NCBI GenBank assembly: GCA_963678885.2
Contig: CAXXFG010000005.1
Coordinates: 211,512-275,511 of the forward strand
Reading direction: 5' to 3'
Length of the DNA: 64,000 nt
Origin: Desulfobacterales bacterium
Lineage (GTDB): Bacteria; Desulfobacterota; Desulfobacteria; Desulfobacterales; JAFDDL01
Within the stretch, counting starts at the first letter, position 1; every line of letters begins with the position of its first letter. The translations under genes were made by a program, and so were the position numbers. Below are positions 57,974 to 64,000 of the stretch, piece after piece. Below the pieces are notes generated by a model that was not told the origin of the DNA, searched no databases, and worked only from the letters and a program-made list of their open reading frames with translations.

Positions 57974-60244
57974 ATGAAGATAGACAGACGGCATTTTTTG
58001 TCACTGGGAATCGGCGCGGCCGCCGGTACGGCCCTAACACCACTGCCTTGGAAGCTTACGGACGACATTTCCATCTGGACCCAGAACTGGCCATGGGTGC
58101 CTGTTCCCCGGGAGGGCAAGGTCACCCACACCGATACCACCTGTACGCTGTGCCCGGGTGGATGCGGCATCGTGGTGCGGAAGGTGGGCGGGCGGGCCGT
58201 GAAAATCGAGGGAAAGGCGGGGCATCCGGTCAACGACGGCGGCGTCTGCATGTTGGGGTTGTCCTCGTTGCAACTGTTGTACGGTCCCGGCCGGATCAAA
58301 ACCCCCTTGAAGCGGGTGGGACGGCGTGGTGCAGGCAAGTGGGAAAAGATTTCCTGGTCGGCTGCAATGCGGGACGTGGCTGCACAACTCGGAAACCTGC
58401 GGGAAAAGGGGTTGGCCCACACCGTTGCCGCGATAATGCACACGGACCGGGGTACGGTGCCCCAGTTGATGCAGCGGTTTTTGACCGCTTACGGATCGCC
58501 GAACTTTTTCCGCATGCCGTCTGTTGCCGATGCCTACGAGCAAACGCTTTTCCTGATGCAGGGGGCCCAGGCCATGGCGGGGTTCGACCTGGCGCATACC
58601 GATTTTGTGCTGAGCTTCGGCAGCGGACTTGTCGAGGGATGGGGGGCGCCGGTGCATTTGTTCAAGACCCGCAGCCGATGGCAGACGCGGGGCGTGCCGG
58701 TGGTTCAGATCGAACCGCGATTGTCCAATACGGCGGCAAAGAGCGACCAATGGGTGCCGGTCCGGCCGGGTTCCGAAGCGGCCCTGGCACTGGGGATCGC
58801 CCATGTGTTGATACGGGAGAAGCGCATCAGTTCCTTTGTGACGGATGCCGCGTTCGGGTTTGAAAGTCCAGCCGACGCCGGTCTTGCCTGCCGGGGGTTT
58901 AAGCAGCTGATACTCCAGTCCTATGGTCCCGATACGGTGGCCGATATTACCGGTGTCGACGCGGAGCGCATCGTTTCTCTTGCCCGGGCGTTCGCCGATG
59001 CAAAGTATCCTGTCGCCTTGGCGGGGCGGGGGATGGGCACCACTCCCGGCAGCATGTACGATATGATGGCGGTGCATGCCTTGAACGCCCTTGTGGGGGC
59101 TGTCAACCGGAAGGGGGGGGTGTGGGCCGTCCCCGAGCCCGATTACATCCATTGGCCGGTGCCGGAAATGGACGCCGCCGCGGCAGCGGGGATGCAGAAG
59201 GGGCGTCTGGACCGCGCCGGCGGCCGGCAAAGCCCGGGCACACGCTTTCTCATCAATCGATTTGCCGAAACCGTGCTGGAAGGGGAGGCTACCCCTGTCC
59301 AGGCATTGTTGGTGTCGGGGGCCAATCCCGCCTACAGCCTTCCAGGAGTTCCTGCCTTTGAAAAGGCACTGGAAAAAATCCCCTTTGTGGTCAGTTTCTC
59401 CTCATATATGGACGAGACGACTCTCCAGGCGGACCTGATTCTGCCCAATCACATGTTCCTGGAACGCTACGAGGATGTCCCCGCGCCCGCCGGGTTCGCA
59501 AGACCCCTGATCGGCCTCGTCCGGCCGGCCGTTGCCCCGCTTTACGACACGCGTCATGTGGGGGATGTGCTCATCGCCTTGGCCGGTGCCTTGGGAGGCA
59601 GTGTGGGGAAGGCTTTTCCATGGGGGGATTACCAGACTTGTTTGCGTGCCACCCTGGGCAGCAAGTGGGGCCGGCTTCGGCAGGACGGGTTCTGGTGGAA
59701 CCCGTCGTTCGTGCCGCCGGCGGAGGGGTTTGACACGCCGTCGGGGAAATTCGAATTTTGCGTGACCGCCCTCAAAGAGACGGGATCGCCGCCGGAAGCC
59801 TTGCTGCCCCAATATCTGCCGGTGGTGCCGGAGGGAGATGCGGGGAGCTATCCCCTGCTGCTCATGCCCTATGATTCCATGCGACTGGCCGGTGGATACA
59901 CGGGGTCACCGCCGTTCATGATAAAAACCGTACCGGACACGGTGCTGGAACAAGATGTCGGAGGCGTGGAGATCCACCCGGAAACGGCCGCCGGGATCGG
60001 CATCACCGAGGGCGGCCGGGCGCTTCTAAAAACGCCTCGGGGGGAAGTCCGCGTGCGGGCGCATCTGTCCCATCGGGTGCCCCCCGGCGTTGTGGCCATG
60101 CCCCGGGGATTGGGGCACACCGCTTACGATGATTATTTGGCCGGCAAGGGGGCCAACGTTAATGCCCTGATGGCGCCGGTGGAGGATGTCGTCTCCGGCC
60201 AGGACGCCGCTTGGGGCATTCGTGCCAAGCTGACCGTCGTGTAG
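57974..60244 (+). CDS. qrcB: Quinone reductase complex molybdopterin-oxidoreductase-like subunit
   Basis: Tat signal DRRHFL, PWKLTDDISIWTQNW, Mo-bisPGD family fold; operon position. Confidence 0.9.
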   Translation: MKIDRRHFLSLGIGAAAGTALTPLPWKLTDDISIWTQNWPWVPVPREGKVTHTDTTCTLCPGGCGIVVRKVGGRAVKIEGKAGHPVNDGGVCMLGLSSLQLLYGPGRIKTPLKRVGRRGAGKWEKISWSAAMRDVAAQLGNLREKGLAHTVAAIMHTDRGTVPQLMQRFLTAYGSPNFFRMPSVADAYEQTLFLMQGAQAMAGFDLAHTDFVLSFGSGLVEGWGAPVHLFKTRSRWQTRGVPVVQIEPRLSNTAAKSDQWVPVRPGSEAALALGIAHVLIREKRISSFVTDAAFGFESPADAGLACRGFKQLILQSYGPDTVADITGVDAERIVSLARAFADAKYPVALAGRGMGTTPGSMYDMMAVHALNALVGAVNRKGGVWAVPEPDYIHWPVPEMDAAAAAGMQKGRLDRAGGRQSPGTRFLINRFAETVLEGEATPVQALLVSGANPAYSLPGVPAFEKALEKIPFVVSFSSYMDETTLQADLILPNHMFLERYEDVPAPAGFARPLIGLVRPAVAPLYDTRHVGDVLIALAGALGGSVGKAFPWGDYQTCLRATLGSKWGRLRQDGFWWNPSFVPPAEGFDTPSGKFEFCVTALKETGSPPEALLPQYLPVVPEGDAGSYPLLLMPYDSMRLAGGYTGSPPFMIKTVPDTVLEQDVGGVEIHPETAAGIGITEGGRALLKTPRGEVRVRAHLSHRVPPGVVAMPRGLGHTAYDDYLAGKGANVNALMAPVEDVVSGQDAAWGIRAKLTVV

Positions 60245-60289
60245 CAGCAGGTCGTTTATTCGCAACCGGCGCAACGGGATGAGGTACCG

Positions 60290-61090
60290 ATGAAAAACGA
60301 ACACCATGTCAAAACAAGATACGGAATGGTCATCGATCTGGACAAATGTACCGGCTGTGGGGCCTGCATGGTGGCCTGCATGTCCGAAAACAATGTTCCG
60401 TTCAAGAAGGATGAGACCGACAAGCTCACCAGCATCACCTGGATGCGCGTCTATCAGCTGACCAATGCAGAGCCATACCCCGATGCGCAAGTGTGCTATC
60501 TGCCCAGGCCCTGTATGCACTGCGCCGGAGAGCACGAGGGACATTCCCCCTGCGTGTCGGTGTGCCCGGCCACGGCTACCGATTACAGCTCCGAGACGGG
60601 CATCGTCAGCCAGATCTACACCCGGTGCTTCGGTTGTCGTTACTGCATGGCGGCCTGTCCCTACCATGCCCGGTATTTCAACTGGTGGGATCCGGTATGG
60701 CCAGAGGGAATGGAGCGATATCTGAATCCCGGCGTTTCACCCCGGATGCGGGGGGTGGTGGAAAAATGCAGTTTTTGTTTCCACCGCTACCAACAGGCCA
60801 AGGACAAGGCCTATGCCGAGGGGCGCCGGGAGCTCGAAGAAGCGGCGTATCAGACCGCCTGCGCCCAGGCCTGCCCGGCCGGTGCCATCACCTTCGGGGA
60901 TCTGTGGAACCCCCGCCACAAGGTGAACCGTCTGGTCGATCCCGATCCGGCGCACCACGGCAAGCCGCGCAATCCGAACGCCTTCAGGATTCTGGAACGG
61001 TTGGGTACCAATCCAAAGGTCTACTACCTGTCCAAGCGGCAATGGGTGCGTAACGCCGCGGACAACGACCGGGGCGCGGCGGCCCGGTGA
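60290..61090 (+). CDS. qrcC: Quinone reductase complex Fe-S subunit (NrfC/DmsB family)
   Basis: CTGCGACMVAC, CMHC...CVSVCP, CFGCRYCMAACP, CSFC...CAQACP. Confidence 0.92.
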   Translation: MKNEHHVKTRYGMVIDLDKCTGCGACMVACMSENNVPFKKDETDKLTSITWMRVYQLTNAEPYPDAQVCYLPRPCMHCAGEHEGHSPCVSVCPATATDYSSETGIVSQIYTRCFGCRYCMAACPYHARYFNWWDPVWPEGMERYLNPGVSPRMRGVVEKCSFCFHRYQQAKDKAYAEGRRELEEAAYQTACAQACPAGAITFGDLWNPRHKVNRLVDPDPAHHGKPRNPNAFRILERLGTNPKVYYLSKRQWVRNAADNDRGAAAR

Positions 61091-61170
61091 TGTTTTTCTG
61101 ATGGTGCCTGTGAATTGCCAGATTGCGGGCGTTTTATGAGGAACAACGACATCGGTTAGGAGCAATGATA

Positions 61171-62418
61171 ATGGATTCTGCACTAATACCTGAGGGTGTC
61201 AAACGATGTCCCACCTGGAAATTCCTGCTGGGCCTGTCCGTGGCCGGGCTGGTGCTTCTGTGGGGGGTGGTGGCGATGCTGCTGTGCTGGTTCAAGGGCC
61301 TCAACCAAACCAACATGAACGATTATTACGGTTTCGCCTTGTGGATTTGGGCGGACCTTGCGGTGATCGCCCTGGGAGGCGGCGCTTTTTTCACAGGGTT
61401 TCTCCGTTACGTGGTGGGCAAAAAGGAACTCAAGAACATTATCAACTATGCCGTGCTGATCGGTGTCATCTGTTATTCGTCCGCGTTGTTGATTCTCGGT
61501 ATCGACGTGGGCCAGCCCCTGCGCAGTTGGTTTATTTTCTGGCATGCCAACGTGCATTCAATGTTGACCGAGGTGGCCTTCTGCCTGTCGTGCTATTTTG
61601 CTGTGCTGTGCATCGAATATCTGCCCCTGGCCTTGGAGAACCGCCAGGTGGGCAAGGTGCCTTTTTTTCACAACCTGAGCCATCACCTCCACGAAGCCAT
61701 GGCTGTTTTCGCCGCCACCGGCGCTTTTTTGAGCTTTTTTCACCAGGGCTCCCTGGGGGGCGTGTCCGGGGTTCTCTATGGCCGGCCCTTCGGGTTCCGG
61801 GAGGGGCTTCTCATCTGGCCCTGGACTTTTTTTCTGTTCACCTGGTCTGCGGCGGCCTGCGGCCCCTGTTTTACGATTTTCGTTACCCGATTGACGGAAA
61901 AAGTGACAGGCAAGCGGTTGGTCAAGCCCGACGTGATTCAGTTGCTGGCAAAAATTGCCGGCTGGATGCTGGCCAGCTACATGGTGGCCAAGATTGCCGA
62001 TACCTTGTGGTGGGCCTTTGTGACCGCACCGTCCAAGGGGTTCCACTGGATGGACTTTTATTCCGGCAACGCCTTGTACACACCGCTGATTTTGTTCACT
62101 GAGATTGTGATCTGCGGTGTGCTGCCGGCGCTGGTCCTAACGATCCGCCCCTTGCGGGAGCGCAACGGGCTGCTGTTCTCGGCGGTGACACTGGCGTCCA
62201 TCGGTGTGTGCCTCAACCGGTGGGTGATGGTGCTTCAGGTCATGGCCGCGCCGGTGATGCCGTTCGACCGATGGGTGCTGTACGTGCCCAGCTGGCAGGA
62301 GGTGGCCACCACAATCCTGCCGGTGGCGTATGGGGTGATCTTTATCATGGTTTCATACCGGTATCTGCCGATTTTCCCCCAGGAGCGGGAACTCAACCCG
62401 GTGGATCCGGCGGTGTGA
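61171..62418 (+). CDS. qrcD: Quinone reductase complex NrfD-family membrane subunit
   Basis: MDSALIPEGVKRC, GFALWIWADLAVIALGGGAF, DVGQPLR, HSMLTEV, HQGSLGG, YRYLPIFPQE. Confidence 0.92.
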   Translation: MDSALIPEGVKRCPTWKFLLGLSVAGLVLLWGVVAMLLCWFKGLNQTNMNDYYGFALWIWADLAVIALGGGAFFTGFLRYVVGKKELKNIINYAVLIGVICYSSALLILGIDVGQPLRSWFIFWHANVHSMLTEVAFCLSCYFAVLCIEYLPLALENRQVGKVPFFHNLSHHLHEAMAVFAATGAFLSFFHQGSLGGVSGVLYGRPFGFREGLLIWPWTFFLFTWSAAACGPCFTIFVTRLTEKVTGKRLVKPDVIQLLAKIAGWMLASYMVAKIADTLWWAFVTAPSKGFHWMDFYSGNALYTPLILFTEIVICGVLPALVLTIRPLRERNGLLFSAVTLASIGVCLNRWVMVLQVMAAPVMPFDRWVLYVPSWQEVATTILPVAYGVIFIMVSYRYLPIFPQERELNPVDPAV

Positions 62419-62512
62419 GGGGCACAAGGACGGCGCGGTAAACAAATACGCAACCGTATATCGTGACGGCTGCTGGCGGTTCGCCTCGGCGTGAACCGGG
62501 GAGGAGTAGGTT

Positions 62513-62671
62513 ATGTTCCCTTTTTCTTTCGAGTGGTTGTGGGATATGGGGCACATCGTGTTTCACGGGGGATTGTGGTATGCCCTGTCCATCATTGGGT
62601 TGGGGCTTGCCTATTGCGTCATCAGGGCGGCCATCGACACCGCCCGGGGGAAGGGGGCTTCCCAGCATTGA
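62513..62671 (+). CDS. Small (52 aa) single-TM membrane protein downstream of qrcD, not in the ORF track
   Basis: RBS GAGGAG 7 nt upstream of ATG; MFPFSFEWLWDMGHIVFHGGLWYALSIIGLGLAYCVIRAAIDTARGKGASQH; terminator follows. Confidence 0.8.
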   Translation: MFPFSFEWLWDMGHIVFHGGLWYALSIIGLGLAYCVIRAAIDTARGKGASQH

Positions 62672-62697
62672 TGGGGGCGTCCCGGAATCTACTTTCG

Positions 62698-62734
62698 GCG
62701 CTTCCCGCGATGAGCGGGGGGGCGCTTTTTTTTT
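62698..62734 (+). terminator. Intrinsic terminator of the qrc operon
   Basis: GCGCTTCCCGC-GATGA-GCGGGGGGGCGC hairpin plus T9. Confidence 0.8.
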
Positions 62735-62746
62735 GATCGGAGAGCG

Positions 62747-64000
62747 ATGTATAAAATTCTGATAGACGGCGGGCGGCGGCTCAGCGGAGACGTCACCATC
62801 AGCGGGGCCAAGAATGCGGCCCTGCCCATTTTGGTATCGTCCCTGATGGCGGAGGGAGAGAGTACCTATGCCAATGTTCCCCTGCTGCGGGATATTGAAA
62901 GTGTCAAAGAACTGCTGGGGAGCCTCGGGGCAAAGGTCGGGGGGCGGGATAACACAGTGACCATCGATGCCTCTGGCCTGTGCTGCCCGGAGGCCGAATA
63001 CGAACTGGTGCGGAAGATGCGCGCTTCAATTCTGGTGCTGGGTCCCCTGGTGGCCCGGCTTGGTCGGGCCCGGGTATCTCTTCCCGGCGGGTGCGCCATC
63101 GGTGCCCGGCCCATCGATCTGCACCTGCGGGGGCTTCGCCGCATGGGAGCGGAAATCGAACTCAGCCACGGCTATGTGGAGGCCAGGGCGAAAAAACTGA
63201 TTGGCGCCGAGATCTATCTGGATGTGGCCACGGTCACTGGGACGGAAAACCTGATGATGGCCGCTACCCTGGCCGAGGGCACCACGGTGCTGCGCAATGC
63301 CGCCCGGGAGCCAGAGATTGTCGCCCTGGCTGATGTGCTCAACCGGATGGGGGCGGACATTCAGGGGGCGGGGACCCCCCTGATGACCATTCGGGGTGTT
63401 TCGCATCTCGCGCCGGTGTCGGTGTCCATCATCCCCGACCGGATCGAGGCCGGTACCTTCATGGTGGCCGCAGCCCTCACCCGGGGGGATGTGACGGTTC
63501 GCAACTGCGCCCCGGCGCATCTGGAAGCGGTGATTCACAAGCTTCGTCTGACCGGTGCAACGGTGGCCGTGGAGGCCGATTCGGTGCGGGTGCAAGGGGC
63601 GGACGCCATTACCAGTGTGGATGTGAAGACATTGCCGTATCCGGGTTTCCCCACCGACATGCAGGCCCAGTTTATGGTGCTGATGAGTGTGGCTTCGGGG
63701 CTTAGTTTGATTTCAGAGACAATTTTCGAAAACCGTTTCATGCATGTGAGCGAGCTGCAACGAATGGGGGCCGATATCACCATTTCCGGCAGTGCGGCCA
63801 TGGTCCGGGGGGTGCAGCGGCTTTCCGGGGCGCCCGTGATGGCCAGTGATTTGCGGGCAAGCGCGTGCCTGATTTTGGCGGGGCTGGTGGCCGGCGGCAC
63901 CACCGAAGTGAACAGGGTCTATCACCTCGATCGGGGATATGAGGCCCTGGAAGAAAAATTTGCCGGACTGGGCGCGGCGATCCGGCGTGTCAAGACCTGA
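62747..64000 (+). CDS. murA: UDP-N-acetylglucosamine 1-carboxyvinyltransferase
   Basis: [54 protein letters not shown]; stop at 63998-64000. Confidence 0.98.
   Translation: MYKILIDGGRRLSGDVTISGAKNAALPILVSSLMAEGESTYANVPLLRDIESVKELLGSLGAKVGGRDNTVTIDASGLCCPEAEYELVRKMRASILVLGPLVARLGRARVSLPGGCAIGARPIDLHLRGLRRMGAEIELSHGYVEARAKKLIGAEIYLDVATVTGTENLMMAATLAEGTTVLRNAAREPEIVALADVLNRMGADIQGAGTPLMTIRGVSHLAPVSVSIIPDRIEAGTFMVAAALTRGDVTVRNCAPAHLEAVIHKLRLTGATVAVEADSVRVQGADAITSVDVKTLPYPGFPTDMQAQFMVLMSVASGLSLISETIFENRFMHVSELQRMGADITISGSAAMVRGVQRLSGAPVMASDLRASACLILAGLVAGGTTEVNRVYHLDRGYEALEEKFAGLGAAIRRVKT

Overview
A 64-kb, GC-rich chromosomal segment from an anaerobic Deltaproteobacterium, most likely a Desulfobacterales-type sulfate reducer (inferred from qrcABCD, System II cytochrome c maturation, and the YebC/RlmE/RadA context). 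About 20.3-64 kb is core genome: mltB, radA, rlmE, yebC, lolA, a complete glnE-glnD-amtB-PII-glnA nitrogen cluster with a sigma-54 promoter, purF, nadK, metK, pyrB, panP, a long KamA-family radical SAM enzyme, an M16 peptidase, resB/ccsA, qrcABCD and murA. About 3.1-20.2 kb is a mosaic accessory region 3' of tRNA-Glu(CTC). It holds a sigma-54 activator/MFS pair, an IS3 scrap, a flavodoxin-fold protein, a deleted RND operon, a RAYT-type Y1 transposase, two hybrid histidine kinases, a low-GC class II ribonucleotide reductase with tandem NrdR boxes, and a CocE/NonD hydrolase. The best leads are (1) a 52-aa membrane ORF closing the qrc operon that the ORF track missed (candidate fifth Qrc subunit), (2) a strongly expressed coiled-coil/PAKAK-linker/winged-helix protein built like a nucleoid-associated protein or xenogeneic silencer, and (3) a KamA homologue with the glutamate-2,3-aminomutase-type K/N signature next to panP. 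No CRISPR array or rRNA was seen. All calls come from motif recognition by eye; no searches were run.
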